Source: Phoronis australis (Eukaryota > Animalia > Phoronida). From it: 64,000 bases of DNA. The position numbers and the translations under genes were made by a program. The notes under the pieces are model-generated. The model ran no database searches and was not told the DNA's origin. It saw nothing but the letters and a program-made list of their open reading frames with translations. Of this stretch, positions 36,916 to 52,445 are shown in pieces (position 1 is the stretch's first letter; the number at the start of each line of letters is the position of its first letter). The DNA lies in NCBI GenBank assembly GCA_002633005.1, contig NMRA01000316.1, positions 451,382-515,381 of the forward strand, read 5' to 3'.

Positions 36916-39900
36916 ATGGAAGACGACGATGTTATTACAACTTTGAAATTGTTGATTATCGGTGAGAGTGGCGTGGGAAAGTCTAGGTTTGTATCAGCAG
37001 ACAGTGGTGGTAGGCTATTCGTGTGCACTACAAGTCGCAACTTTTCAAGAAACGAAATAGGCCTATTGAAGAAGTCTACTGACTTTTGTTTAAACCAGAA
37101 CGAACTTGTTGACTTGTTTTTTAAAATTGTCTAATCGGCTTTGATAGTTAAGACAGGTTTTATCGTATGCAAGTCAGACAAATAAAAGCAACGACTGAGC
37201 GCCTAGCTCAAAAGTGTATTTCCGAGTGTGTGACTGTGATGTAGTTGAAAGACGCACAATTTTAAGGAACGTCTGTCCTGTGCACTCGCTCATACTCTGT
37301 ACAGTTTCTGATGCTCCGTTGTGTAGTTGTAAAGCAAATTACCTATAGACATTTCAAACAAGCAAGTTAAAACACTATATTTGAAGAGCGCATGTCTCAT
37401 CCGCAAGCAATATATAAAATGAACATGGTGGAAGTGAAATAAACAGCTACCCTAGGTAGAAGGGCATTCAAGGAGTCACTGCGAGTGTGATCCTACTGAG
37501 CCAGTAGGCAATAAACACCTGTGAGCTGCTTATTCATTTCAAAAACCTATATGTCAATTTCCATAATTTTGGACAGCCTGTCATTTTGCGTCAGACAATA
37601 AGCATTTGCAATTTGGATTTTTTTGGTTCACAAACTGCGTTCAAGTTCCAAAAACATTTTTCAACAATCCGCGACAATTGGACAATGTCATAAACGTCGG
37701 ATTTCTGTCCCACACTTTCCATATGGCATCAGAGTGCTTGACATGGTTTTTAATGTCAGGTCTCGGATTGAGGTCAGCCAACAGAGGGAGGGACCAGCAC
37801 AGATGGGAAAGTGATTCACTTGATTCACAGGAATTACGTAACGGCTTGCAGCTAGTTATGGGTTATCATAGCACTTGCGCTCCATTAGATTCGGTATCTT
37901 AAATAAGATTCTGGCCAAATCGTAGAAGGAAGTTCACAAGTCAGGGCAACTGCATAGATTTTGGGGTTCTATTTTTCGCTTTAATGGCTAAAGCACTGTC
38001 AAGACAATAAACCAATGTACACTTGAACAGTGTCAAACACTAAACTTACTGAACAGGCATTTTTAGTCTCACCAGCATGTTGCCAATTATTGGTAGAGAA
38101 GATAAATAAGCTGTGATTTTTGGCCATTCAGGCTGATAAACCTGCTCATTCACTCTATCAGCAGCAGAGCTCTTTTGCCTTAAATCTATGGTACTTGCTG
38201 TGTTTGAGTGTAGTCCATGTTTGTTCTGAGTTAGTTTAGTTTTTGACGCTAAGTATACACTGGTTTATTGTCTTGTTAATGCTTTAAGGATTAAAGGTTA
38301 CTAGTACTGGAATCACTGAATGGGTTTGCGTGCTCCTAACTTTGCTACTGTATAGCAGGAACTAAACAGCAATGGTATTTGAACATCATCTATGCTAAAC
38401 AAAGTGCAGTTGTATTCACTGACAACTTGTAATTGTGAAAATAAAAAGTTGTGCAAATAGGCAACCTTTGCATTAATGAAGTAGTACCTTGGGGTCTCAC
38501 ATAGCCTGCTTCATGCAGTGTTATTCCTCAACACCGCGACGTGATGCATACTGGATACTGGATACGGTTGAGTGATTTACAGCTCTATCATTTTCAACGC
38601 AAAACTCCTTTTTGAAAACATTTGGCAATTTTCAATGGGCTTCATATTCACATCGTCGCTGTATGTTGTGTTTCTAACTAATTTGAGCAAGCAGTTTCAG
38701 AGATAAGGAAATAGCGTGTAAATTACATGAACATCACTTGGCACAACAGTGTCAAACTTTTCAACAGATTTTAACAGAAAGAAAACATTTCTTCATCATT
38801 TCCAAAATTTGTATCATTATCAATAAATATGCAATGAAATTCAAGCATTTTTAGCAATACAATGAAGCTTTGAAAGATGGATAGAGGACATTTTGGTAAT
38901 TTTATTGCTTTTCAAGTTTTAGAAACTTTATCATAATAACTGCTGTCATATTAAGCCTGTTTTTGCCTGGTAGACAACTGAAATTCAATTTTAACATTTT
39001 TGTCTATTTATAGCTTGCTGTTAAGGTTCACAGATGACAGGTTCGACCCAGAACAGTCAGCAACCATAGGTATGACCATTTTAATTCTCTGTTATCACTT
39101 ATCTCTTGACCTTCGTTCTAGCGACCCTTTCTTACCATAAGAATACTTTTCTCTGTGTATTTTGATCCAAGCGTTTTACTTAGTATAGTTTTTGGCTCCT
39201 AGAATTCTTTAATTTTTCTGAAGCACGGTTATTTTTGAAAATAAGAGCACATTTCTTGTGAGTGATGTAAGTTGTCTATTTCAAAACATTTACCCAGTGC
39301 TAGAGCTGTTTTTATGTTACTTTATAGTAGAAATTGGAATCTCTGGTTATTATTTTACTTTTCCATGTCAGTCTTGCTAAGTATGTGCTGTCCATGAAAC
39401 AACAGAGAGTGACTGGCCTGACAAAGATCTTGCGTCTTCTTTCTGCGTCCACTTCCATTGCGCAAACACAAATGACCTGCACACACTGTGTTCAATAGGG
39501 AATAGTACCTCATGGTTCCACAATGGAATAGACTGCAGAACAAGGACATTTACACCAATTTATATTGTTCTATGGATAGTACATTTCCGTCATGGAAATA
39601 GTAATAAGTTACTGTCGCTTTAAGATCAATCTTCTAATGCCCAACATCAAAAATATTTTGCCATAGTACGTATTTTTGTAAAATGCTCTCCCGTGGTGGT
39701 GAACTGTGTTGTTTGAAACTTCTGAGCCATGTTTGGAAAATCCTGGGCTATGTTTAAGAGCTTGCCTCGTCTTTGAAAAGCTTATGCCTTTTCTGCTTCG
39801 AAAGAAAACTGGCTGAAATAGTCAATTGCACTATGTATGGTGCAGTAAAATCTCACCAGTTTAGGACAAAACATGGTGGATAGATGAAATTTTGATTGAT

Positions 39901-42900
39901 TTGCAATTGTACCATAATGATGCTTTCCAAGCCATTGTATTTGCTTGCTCTTAACTATGTTAATGTACAGCCGGAACTAAACGACAATGCTATTTGAACA
40001 TCGTATACGATAAATAAAGGGCAGTTGTATTCACTGACAACTTTTAAATGTGAAAACAAAAAATTCCGCATATAGGTGACCTTTGCACTAATGACGTACC
40101 TCGCGGCCTCACGTAGTCCGCATCATGCAATGTTATTCCCCAACACCGATACTTCATGGACACGGTTGAGTGATTTACGGCGGAAAATTTTCGACACAAA
40201 ACTCATTCTTTAAAACATTAGTAGCTTTCAATGTACATCATATTCACATCATCGCTATATGTTGTGTTTCTAAGTTATGGTTTTACCAAGCATTCACAGG
40301 GATAAGGAATTTGCGTGCAAGTTCCACTTTCAAATGTGGGCTTTCAGAACACTGTGAGAAAACCTTGCTGTTTCCATGGATGAGCGTACAAGTGTCATTT
40401 TTACAGCGGCAAAACTAGTATGCTTTTTTGGAAATGTCTCAAGATTTTAAACATGCTTTAGAACTTCTCCAAACATTTATCAAGATTTCCACTAACGGGG
40501 GCCTCGCCTATCACAGGTCATATGCCTAATTGCAGCTGTGACAGTGTTTTAAGACTTAAAAGCACTTACTTGCAAATGCCACGCTGCGTTATCTAACAGT
40601 ATGCTGCAATCGCAGTTAACTTTGCCACTGTTCATAGTGACAATTAATTACCACAGTAATGACTTTTTTATCCTGGTGTACAACCTTCGTTCATGTGGAG
40701 CATATTAACTTTTCAAACAAAGTGCAGATTGATTATGTGTTTGTAGTCAGTAGAGTGGTGTACCTTTTATTGTTTATTTTATTTTCAGGTGTTGACTTTA
40801 AAGTGAAAACACTGAGTGTGGATGGAAACCGGGCCAAATTAGCTATATGGGTAATGTGATGTACTGCCTTCTTCTAGTGGGTCCTGTGACCCAGATTTAG
40901 TGATTCATACGTGCAGGGTCCCATCTGAAATGGGGTTGTTTTCTGGGAACTTTTGTTTTACGTGTGGAGTGCTGTGCTTGTTTTACTCTGTCTTTTTTTG
41001 TCTGTTGTGTTTTGCATAATGAATAGTAACTGTTTTAACTGTTAGATGTACTTGTGGCAGAGTTGATTATTGATTTGTTACCATAACAATACTGTAGCAT
41101 GTGCTGTGCGCATCATTTACACTTCACTATAGCTTCAAGCATATTTAGCATTTATCTCCAGCTGTGCTTCATTCATAATCAATTAAAATGTTTCTCATAG
41201 TCCAATGCATGAGGTATTTCGGTCTTTTTTCTGATGTATCACGACCAAACAAACCAGAGCAATTGTGAATTAAATGTATTTGTTGAATACTTTTCAACGG
41301 AGATAGTCTCGTCAATGTTTTGCCCTTTTTTTCGTAATGGCCATTGATATATTCACTCATTCATTTCCTTCCATCTCTTGTTAAGATTTCAATGACTTCC
41401 ATTCTAATAATGAATCTATTTTGTGGAATTGCTTGTCTCCCATCATTTCTTCACAGAACGTCAAGAACAGTCCCAATTTATATTCTCATACAAAAACCTC
41501 CAAAGCTATCTATGAACTGCGAGGGGATTTTCAGCAAATCCAACATGTCCACTGACACCGACCGGGATGTGTAATGTAACCTTTTGCCAAAACGCTTACC
41601 TTGTAGAGGTAGTTATGTATTTACGATGGCGTGTTTGAAGTTTGTTTAAAAGGTTAACTAAACTCAGTTTTTATTTTTTCAACCAATCCTCATTCTGTCA
41701 CCTGCAAATGCATCAATGTCACTCGTGAAAGAGAAAACCAGGAAACAACTAAAAACTCTGACCCCCTCTGTCACAAATTTAACATAATTATGGTCTTTGG
41801 TCGGTGGTCTTTTATCATAGTTGCCGTGTAATTTACAAGAAGCGTGGATCACTCTTGCCCATTTAGCAGATTTTGGAAGGAGTTTTCAAATCATACTCCA
41901 GCCTTTTGAGGGTAGCCTAGGATTACAGAACATTGTTTTGTTTCAGAGAACTGTATAGGGAAGTTGTTTTTAGTATCTGTTTGGTATCGTTTGAAGTTTC
42001 GTAAGTTCAGACGATTTTTTGGGTTATTTATATTTTATTGTACAGAGTTATGCTGTAAAGCAAAACAGAAGAAAATGTAAAATGACTAGCAAATAGTTTG
42101 ATTGAAAACACTGATAATCCAGAACGAAAAGGCAAAAGACAGGGTTAGTGAAATGATCCATCATGTGTTGGAAATGACTTTTTTTTTGGCTGTGCCTCTA
42201 AATTACATAGCTAAATCCCAGTGCTGGACCAGCGAAACGAAACCATGGTACAAATCCCTAGCCTCACACCTCTTAACTACACACGCGTGTCAAAAATATA
42301 CACTTTCGCTGACCAAACTCCACTTTCGTGGCTTTGGTTTCCAGCCCTAATCGGTTTTTTGAGAACACAGGATTAGAGGGCAGGTCTCGCAAATGAGAGC
42401 CTCCAGTCCATTCCACTGGGTTATACTGAGCTTCGTGTTTGCTAATATTCCCATATCTTTCCAGGACACTGCAGGGCAAGAGAGATTTCGAACCCTCACC
42501 CCCAGCTACTATAGAGGGGCTCAGGGAGTCATATTGGGTAAGAATTCAGTCCATAGCAGGGTATGTAAAATAACTCTTACCGCAAGCTCGCACCCCTACA
42601 AGATACTCTTCAAAACTCCTACCATGTGCAAAATACCGCTACCATAAATCCTGAACCCCAACCGCACCCTGGCACTTTCTGCAGGCACTAATTAAAAGTT
42701 TTAGTTTAAGTGACCTAATTACTGCCCAGTTTATGTGTATTGCTTTAATGGCCATTTGTTTTGGGACTTGCATTTGGTAGGAGTGCTTGAATGCGGCTGG
42801 AGTTTGGGTTCTGTGGTTAGGGTTTTTTATGCGTGTTAGGTTTATGTATTGTGTGGTTGGTTTCCATCCCATGCATAGGTTTCTTCGAATTTCTTCCCCC

Positions 42901-45900
42901 AGTTGGTTTGAAATCCATTGCATACTGGTGTTGTCTGATACCAGCCGCAATAAAAGTTCTGGTGTCAACAATGACCTATGATCGTCATCTGCTGATATTT
43001 CTCCCAAGACTCCTTAGTTGATGTTAGTGAAAGTGTGAAGACACGTCCCTGTTACGGATTGGAGAGCATGGGTGACTTTGAAGACGGAGTTTTCATGAAA
43101 TTTGGAAAGTCGTTATATTATAGAGACACTCTTATCGGCCATTATTACTCTTTCTAGTCTGTTTTTGGCAAATGGATTTCTGTGAGAGGATGATGCCACC
43201 CTCTTGTTTTCAGGTGGATTTGATGTATTTGCGGTACTTACTGACCTTTTGTATTAATTTCTATTCTGGTTCTTGGTGTACGCCCAATAGAAGCTAAACC
43301 ACTCTAAAGATTGTTATAAAATGGCTATATGTGTTGTTACTGGGAAGAACACGAATGACAATGCACCCCTCTGTGGCAACTTAGCTTTTTGCCTGTGATC
43401 TTCATGAAATTTGGTATGCGTTTCCATTCGGAAAAGAACAACTGAGGATTTTGGGATAAATCTGTCTACGGCGGTGTCGTCTAGAGGTAATTTTAGTTTT
43501 CTTTTCGTTGGCCTTGATATCTAGGAAGTTCTTTGATGTGTGTTTGTTAAATTTGACAAAAAAAATTTTGTCCGATGGATAAGACTACCATGCCACCCAT
43601 GTTGGCCACTGTAATCTCATAAGTAACTTTTTCCGTCTGATAGATATACTGAATGTATAAAGTTCCTATACGCATATTTGAAATTTGACGTGCCTATGAT
43701 CATTTTTGGATTCTGTCTTCAGAGTGCATTTTCAAACTGATGGTGTGTTTGGCAACATTAGTTTGAGAATCAATGGTTATGAAAAGGGTCCAGTAGGTTA
43801 GTACCCTCTACGCTCGGAGTCCACTGCAGTTGCTCCTCCATTTGGCATTTTTGATTTTCCTAGTTTGTTGATTTGTCATAGCAACTTAACACTCTAATGA
43901 AGCTTTACGCAAAGGTTTTTGGCTACGATGCGCTAGCACCAGTTGATGATCAGATGGATTCAACTTCCTGCAGTTCTTCCTCTTGGCGAGGTATTGGCTA
44001 ATGCTTGTCCATCAATTATCATCGAAACAGATTGATGGGTTTTTGATGAAACTTGACTCAAATTTGTATGATGTTGCATCACCCCTTGTTGGCCATTTCA
44101 GCCTCTGGTAGAAATATTGGGATTCTTCTAAAACATCGATCTCGACCCACAGACCTCGTGATTCCCCCTCGACCCACGTACCCCACGACCCCCCTCAACC
44201 CCCAACCCCTTCGACCCACGACCCCCTCGACCCAGTCTGCACAAGGTCGACTGATTTGAACATAGAGCATGCGTTGACATGCAAGACCATCGAGTCTGGC
44301 CTTGAGCTCGACTGGCTTTTATCTGTTTTCTTTTGCAATTCAGATAGTTCATTTGGCAAGTTTGAAAGCCAAAAAAAGAAAAAAAAAACAGCGCTACCAA
44401 ACAAAATCAAAGACCTACCAACTTTACAAATGTTATTCCCGGCAAAGTATAAACTTCTCTTCTGCTGTTCAGTGAATGGCAGACTTTGTTTTGGGAGAGT
44501 GCGAGGAACCACAAATGTGTAATTTCTTCAGTGAATACAGTTTGAAAAATCAAACTGTAATCTCAAAAAGTATCTCAATGTTACATGTAGTATACTGTAA
44601 ACAAGTATACAACAAAAAGCAAATAATAAACATGTGACTTTTTTGCATTCCCGTTTAGTAGAACAGGGCCATTGGTAGCCACTCGTGGAATCATTTCCAT
44701 GACAATGATAGCACGCTCACAATCCGCTATTTCAGATCATGTTCTCACGCCACTGTTTAATCACCAAATTTCAGCCAGAGCAGATTCATTTGTTGGTTAG
44801 TGTTACGGGAAAGGCATTCAGCGATGCACATGTAATATGATTACAAAATGTGTAAAAAGAGCATTATGCATCTGTTTTCGTTGGTCATGTGTCGAGGGGG
44901 TTGTGGGTCTTGGGGGGTTGTGGGTCTTGGGGGTTGTGGGGTGTGGGAGTCCATGAGGTCTAGAACAATCTGATATATTGACTTCTGTTGATTTTTGGGA
45001 AAACAGCTTGACCGTATTTGTGGTTGTCTCCGTGATCAAGGTAGGTGAAATTTGGTAATAAGGGAAATGAATGTGGTAAGACCACATGGTTACATCTGCT
45101 TGTTTTTTTTTCAGTGTATGATGTCACAAATAGAAATAGCTTCCAAAAACTGGATGTTTGGCTAAATGAACTCGAAACATTCGCAACAAAACACGATATC
45201 GTAAAGATGTTAGTAGGGAACAAGATAGATCAGGTGAGTCCTGCTTGGCGAGTCTTGTCACTTCTGTTTACAGCTGACATGATCTTACTAGTTTCAGTTC
45301 ATTAGGCATGCAAAACTTCGCAGCTTCACAAATAACAAAATGAACTTTAAAGACATTTTATGTGGCATTCAAAAACACTTAAAAATGCTGTAACTTATCA
45401 AGGTTTAATAAAAATTTTCGGTAGTTGTCTTATCAACTTGTTCTTGAAAACTGTTTTTCAGAAATGCGCATAATTAAGTTCATTGACTTAACTTTACCTT
45501 GGTTTCACCTCAAGTTCAAACAAAAAACAATATCTATGCTATGCTAATGGAGTTGAACATAGTTCTGTTTTGTGATAACGTGACTACCCTCTGTGACATT
45601 TTCCGAATAACCTTGTAATTCAGATTTTCTTATGACAAGCAGCGAGAATAAGTGACCGTTTAGCTTTCGTCTGTCTTGGATGGCAGTCTTCTTCGTGAAT
45701 GACGTAACTGTGGCTGCGTTTGTTGGAACACGCATCTGTTATTGGCTGATTTTGCTGGAAACTTCTGTGTGCATACGCCAACAACCAACAGTCAACAATA
45801 GTTACTGTACATCATTGTGAGGAAGACTGTTGTCCAAGACAGTCAAAAGCTAAATGGTTAGTAAAAAGCACACTCCGGACCTGTATCAGATACCCTGAAA

Positions 45901-46907
45901 TGCATCGTATTACCAACCTGATGAACATCTTTAGACACGCTTATGTTTTGTTTGAAAATCTGTTGACAGGAGATGCGGGAAGTATCGCGGGACGACGGTA
46001 TGAAATTTGCAAGGCGACATCAGATGCTGTTCATTGAAGCTAGCGCCAAGACAAGAGAGGGCGTGCAGTGCGCCTTCGAGGAACTCGTGGAAAAGGTATG
46101 GTTATGGTTAACATGGTAATGCTATTAGGAGCACTGGTCAAAATGTTTGCAAATGAGCATTTTAAGTTCGTTTGATCATTCACTTTGACCAGCCAACACT
46201 AGGGGGCGTGGTCTCTAAGTTTTCGCAAATGGATAAACTTATTTAAGCAATATTTCTTTAGTCATCCAATTGGAGATTTTGGACGTGGAAGGGATAACTA
46301 GTCTGCATCATGGCTTTGAATTTTGCGGACAGTTGTAAATCGTGTGTGGTTTACGATCAAGATGCCTTTTGAAATTGGTCTGCAAGATCAGTGAATGTAG
46401 TTCTTTGTGCACCCTGGTCTTAGTCATGCAACTTTCACAGTTGGGTTGTGTAACTAAACGCATCTAACATAGTACTCATGGTCGAGACGGTTACCCCTAT
46501 CAATTCTGAATAGCAGAGCCTGGAATGGGTTCACGATCAACTTTCGACTTCAAGAATAAGAAGAATGGCACACACTGCGGAACCCTGGTGATTTTTGGAA
46601 AAATCGACTCGTGGTGGACTCTTATCCTTAATCTCTGCTTAATGAATATCAGCGAGATATTATTTTGACACCGGGGCCACTTTTCTGTGTAACTGTCCAA
46701 GAGCAAGACCTTTGAAAAGAGTACTGGGTGAAGAGGGAAGCCAGTGCCAGTCTTCAAATTGACTGAGAAAGCAATTTTAGATATGCATTTAAAGTTTGCA
46801 AGATGTCCTCTCGTAACTAATTTAACTAAATATAACACAAGTAGTTTAATACAATAAGTGTCCAGTTATGAGACTAAATACTAGCCAAAGCCAACAAGGT
46901 ATAATTA

Positions 46908-46971
<64 letters not shown>

Positions 46972-47790
46972 GTGGTCTAGCACTGTTGTATACAGTGAGA
47001 GTTAACCCACACTTTCTTCCTTCCATGAAACCTGTCCACGTCCGTATTGGAAAGGGGTCATGGGCAAAGTAAAGATGTGGCTCAACCACATGATTGGCAG
47101 TAGCTACTTTTTGACCGGAAACTTATTCCCGGCTTTGTTTGCAGGATTGTTGAAGCACATACAGTGTGACTGTCAAGAGTTTTTATTGGTACTTTTAAAC
47201 GTTTAAGAACTCTATACATGTACATGTACAACCAGTGGTGCTAAACCCGTGTTTGTGTCAAAATACAAGTTTTGATCTTGGCCACTTACTATTATAGACT
47301 TTGACTTATCTTATTTACATGTAGTTTAAGCGTGGTCCCTCAAAATATTTAACTGTACATTATTTCTTCAGACGTTGCTAGTATTAAAAGTTTTTGGTCA
47401 TGGCTCGACCGAATTTTTATCAGCTTGGTTTTGAGCAATAACAAAACTGTCAGTTCTTTTGAAGTCCTGAGATCACCTCTAATTTGACTAAGAAACACTT
47501 CTAAAGCAATTTCATAATGGCAAATGCCTTATTTTTTGACTGAAAACACCGGTTTACTGCCGCTTAAGGGCTTAAATGCATTCAGTTTGTGTTATTAACC
47601 TTGATTGAAACTGTGGCATCTGTTGGCAAAATTCCCAATCTCGAACTTGTAGTTTAAAATTGTTATTGTCTTTCTGCAGATTATACAAACCCCTGGACTT
47701 TGGGAAGCCGATGAGAAGAAAGGCTTAAGGGTGGGTGGTACCTCTGAACAGATGACGCAAACTTGTGCTGGATATTGCAGTCTAACATGA
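36916..47790 (+). CDS. RAB18: Ras-related protein Rab-18, 7 coding exons
   Basis: Exons 36916-36986, 39014-39069, 40789-40850, 42465-42537, 45115-45233, 45970-46095 and 47680-47790 join in frame with GT-AG introns. Motifs [73 protein letters not shown], and C-terminal CAGYCSLT prenylation motif. Confidence 0.96.
44151..44961. mobile_element. Foldback-type element with inverted subterminal tandem repeats
   Basis: Left agacctcgtg plus (cgacccc) repeats at 44151-44235; right (ggggttgtgggtc) repeats plus catgaggtct at 44890-44961. Confidence 0.55.
46903..46971. repeat. (TTA)n microsatellite
   Basis: About 20 consecutive tta units. Confidence 0.97.
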
Positions 47791-49559
47791 AACATGAATT
47801 CCGGATTAGAAGTGTGATGCTTTGTTTGATACCAGCTGCAGGACATTGAATGCAGTCACCTTCAATGGGAGTTGGACTATCAGGACTGTTATTTGTAAAG
47901 CGATATTGTAGTCATGGTTTGAAATTCAGAAACGATCAAATTATTGGTCCTTCCGGTACCAGTGACCGTTATTTCTGCCTGTACATGGAGAGATTCCAGG
48001 AATACGATAGCAATGTACACTTACTCTAGTTCTCAAAAAATGACAAATATTGTCTTATTGAAACTTGGCAAAGTTTTATAATATTAAAAGTGTTTTAAAC
48101 CTGCGTTACCTCGTAGCAAAATACTTTTCATTAATAATTCAGTTTGGTCTAGACAGCTCATCTTGTCTTGTTGCATACAGTCGAGAAGTAGCTTTTAGGT
48201 TTAGAAAACTCGGACTACACGTTATTGCTTGAGGCTCCATTGGGTGCATAAAAATCCCAGAGATAAAATCTAAAATGAGATAAGAACCAAATTGAGACGA
48301 ACGTCATCAACTGTTAAGTGATCCAAAGTTTGAATTTTTGATGAAAGGTTTAAGCTGCTTTAATTGTTACTGATTTCTTTCATGATAGTTTTCAACGAAA
48401 CTGTTCTCAACTCCTTTGAATACTTCTGTCCAGTTTATTTACTGTGTGGAGAATTAAACATGGGGCAGTTTTGTCATCAGTCAGGGTGTGTTATTGTGGT
48501 GCTCGTACAAGTCAATGTTTGACCTCTTTATCTGTTCAGGCATTGGTTGGTTAAAGTGTCAACAAAAAATGCTCATGAGATATTGTCTTGTAAAACAAAC
48601 TATGCTACATGTACGCGCCAAGTGTCTTTGGCGAAATTCCATTTCCCAATCCTGATGGCAATCCTGTTGTAATCCATTCTCATTGTAAAGGTTTTCGCCT
48701 AGTTAACTTTTTGCGGTTTTCATAGCCATGACGAATGGCTACAGTCTATGTATTTCGTCTTCTCTGTCCCTATGATAGGTAATTGTGGGTCATTTTGTTG
48801 GATGACAGTTGGAGTTTATTGTATCAACATTATTTATCAACTTTCAAAATTGTACGGAAAAGTGGGAATTGTATTTCTGTTTTACACGTACGCAATGGTC
48901 TTGGTGATCTTAGGTAGTGGACCTTTCAGTGAATTGCCAGTGTACTTTAATAGGCGATACAAGCCATGTACTCCTCACAGATCTAGGATTTGTGAGGAGT
49001 TTAGTTACGTTTTTAAGTCCCTAGCACACCAGACTCATTCTCAGATCGTTTGCGCTGTCGTAACATGTTGATTCTGAGTGGCTGGCAACTGGTGGAAAAG
49101 CAACTTGGGCCAACAGCGTGCCTTGAACGCGACGCGGCACTCTCCACCCGTTCATACTCAAACTGCACTGGATTGAGTCCGTTTCCACTAACGTTTTCCC
49201 ATTTTCGTCCTCTACCTTGGTGTGACTGGTTACTTAGGTAATGTCTTGTCAGTGTACATAGCCTTATACATGCTGTAGCCTCTACGATGCTGGATGTTAA
49301 GGGCTTTCATTGTCTAACTTGGATTTGAGTAGAGGTTAACATGTTTAGTCTCCTTAGTATTTATAACAGTAGCTACATTGTTTAAATTTATTTAATTACA
49401 AAATATCAATATATAGCTGCCATATCAATTGTTCACTGTTGACAGCTAACTACATGGGTGTGAGAAAATCCTCAACCAAGGGACGTAAACCATGCCTCTG
49501 TACATTAAAGCTTATGCAAATATATATGTTCAGAAAATTAGGTTTGCGTCTTGTCTTGT

Positions 49560-50570
49560 CTCGTTTACAATCGGCAAGGGTTTAGATGCCAGCACGCCAA
49601 TGGAGGAAATGCTCAGTAGGTGTTTCCAGCACGCACGTATGCTGCAGATTGGGATTATCAGTTGTCGCGGCGTTGGTTATAGACTGGGGAAGAAGGGAAC
49701 AGTTTCTTATTGTCCGAGGAAAAAAAGAATTATTAATTTGTAGATGTCTGTTTTGGCATGGATGTGCTGAACGGAATTTTGTCGTCTGCAAATAGGCGGA
49801 GTCCGGTATCGGGTGAAATGTCCTTGCCAATATCATTGATGTCTTAGTAAAAATAGGACAGTGGTCCGAGAAGAGTGCCCAGGGTGGACACCGGATAAAA
49901 CTGGAATGAAGCTTGAACGTTTTCCATCGACCATTACTCCTTGTTTACGTTTGGTTAAAAAAGTTGAGATCCAGGATAGGAGATTTCCTTCAACGCTGTA
50001 GCAACGGAGCTTGGTTAAAAGTTGTTGGCGCCAGAGGTACAAAGTCGATCGCCTTGTTGAATTCGAGAACAATGGCATCAAATTGGTCATCGTGGGTGTC
50101 AATGCATTTAGCTAAATCAGTTAAGATCAGGATCAGTTGAGATTCAAACGAGTGATTACTACGGAAACCATGCTGTCGTCGTCCACAATATGGTGATTAT
50201 CAAGATGTGTCATGACGCTGGAAATCGAAGTGAATGTTTCTGGTCTGTAGTTTGCCGTATCAGAGCGATCATTCTTGAAAATAGTTATATTTGATGTTAG
50301 CCAGTCTTCTGCGGCAAGGCGCCAGAGTCCATTTGATACTGAATTGAAAATTGCTTGAACATAGGGGCGATTTTGTTGGCATTTTCTCAGAGAAGATTGA
50401 GGCGGGTAACTGAAAGTGTCAGGTCCTGGGGTTTTGTTCGCATTCAAGTTCTTTAGTAACTTAGAGATGCCATCGGTAGAAATGTCTGTAGGTGGAACAG
50501 CTGAATAAGCAGCGGGTCCCAAGTGTGGGATACTAGTAGAGATATCCTCCTTGGTGAAAACTGATTAATA
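49560..50570 (-). mobile_element. 5'-truncated, frameshifted LINE (CR1/L2-like) reverse transcriptase
   Basis: ORFs 50133-50522, 49833-50102 and 49582-49836 carry LLKNLNANKTPGPD, ANYRP, LLTKLRCYSVEGNLLSWISTFLTKRKQGVMVDG..S...VLSGV and SFFPRTIR..LP. Confidence 0.88.
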
Positions 50571-52367
50571 TCCGGATTGTGAGTGAAGTTTTGTAGTCGG
50601 TGGTAATGCGCCATGAACAATTGACCTATTGGCTGCTTTCCTTAAACTGGAAGAAATTAGCCCGCACGCATGTGGTGGGAACTACCGTCAAATCAAGTTA
50701 GTGGCCTCCATTTAGCTATCCAGTAAGCTCCCCAGCGCACTAGCAAAAGACTCGATTTTCACTATCGCGATTTTGAGAGATCTTGCTTTTCTCCGGCGAA
50801 AGAAATTCGGCCTAGGGAACGTCCTGTACTAAAAGCAGAAGCATATTCCTCGCTTGGAAGCGCCTTCTTATTCTATAAATGAAGGGCATTGATGACATAA
50901 TCAAGAAACGTGCTCGTGTTGTTTGTTATAAACGTCTGTATAGGCGGTGTGGGCAAAGTTGCTTTTTGCCTTACAGTAAGTCTTATTTCGTCCAAATTAG
51001 TGTCAAGTATTTTTAAGACTAGTCCAATTTTGGTACGAGGGGGTGACCCCCTGATTTGTACTTGGCCCGCGTTGGGCACTGAGTAGCTTAGTGGCTAAAG
51101 GATAATTTCAGTTGGCACTGGCTCTAATGCTGTTCTAATATTGTTTTCAGCTATTTGATCACAGAGTACGGTTATTATACGTTAAACAAAGGTCATAGAA
51201 ATAAATGTGACAGTCAAGCTAATGACTTAACTTCATGAGCACGTAATTACATACAACCAGCTATTCCAGCAAAAACGGAAGCAGAAAAATTGCACTTAGA
51301 AACTGATAATGTATACTAAAACGAGTCGCATCTTTCCGCGTCCCACTCGACCTGCATGAAGCATACACAGGCAATCACTACCACTATAATCTGTTGTTGT
51401 TAACTACAACTGGTCATTACGAAATGCAGGGCACTATTAATGACGAACATTAATAATGACAAGTCCGTCATTTCGCGTTCCGGCAAAGCCACTCGGTACA
51501 TGAACAGTAAAGTTCCGACAAGAAAGTCTATCGTAAACCTCACAGACTTGTGCTTGCTGTGGCTTCAGTCTGTGACTGTCTCCTGCCAACCCTGTGTTAG
51601 TCGTGCGGTGGCCGGGTGAATAATGACGATTGCCTTCAAGACTGTAAAGCATAAAAATTAACATGACAATACAAGCAAACGAACTCACAAACGAACAAAA
51701 ACAATTACACGCAGACAGAGACATCCGCCTGGTGTTAATTCCCTTAGACCCGTATCCTCATTAGTGAAAACGTACTCCTATACATGTATTAATTATACTT
51801 TTATGTCGAGGGTTGGTACATGTATGACTCTTCAGTTTTAGTCGTTGTAAGTCACGTTCTTGGTGTTTACACTATGCTTTTTGTATCGTGGACCTGCTTT
51901 GCATGCAGTGTGTGCCCGTATAGGTCGATCCAAGCGCTTATATCCGTCCGAAACGATACGTATTTTTTTAGAGTGTATGCTATTGTTTTGCACACTGGCC
52001 CCTGCACCTAAAGTTTACTTATACAAGAAGGCCCAGATGGGTCACGGTCCTTTGTGAAACTTCAAATGCGTTTACATGAATGTACACTGTAAGTTTCCTA
52101 CGTACATGTACTTTTGCTTAATCAAATCGTATAAGTATTGCTTATTCGACGAGCTGAATTCATTCGTTATGTCCAATCAAAGACAGGTTTACAATCAGTA
52201 CAAATTTATCAGCGTCGCCATTTACTTGCTCACTTGAAAAAAAATTCTTCGAAACTGGCCTTGCACGAATGTGGGAAGTTTTTCGCCGTTTTGAGATTTG
52301 ACAGAACGTAAGTGATTGGACTATACATGTATGAACTACTTGAGAGTCCGCGTTGAATAAGAATTAG

Positions 52368-52445
52368 TACTGAGGGCCCCCATGGAAAGCAGTGTGAACT
52401 GATGGGGCTACCCTCATTGTAAATATTACATTAATAAATAAATAA
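52368..52445 (+). mobile_element. 3' tail of a LINE/SINE
   Basis: Stem-loop gagggcccccat...atggggctaccctc followed by a (taaa)n tail. Confidence 0.45.

Noticed and set aside
46500-46838. Possible coding remnant in RAB18 intron 6
   Set aside because: No recognisable motif in any frame; multiple stops.
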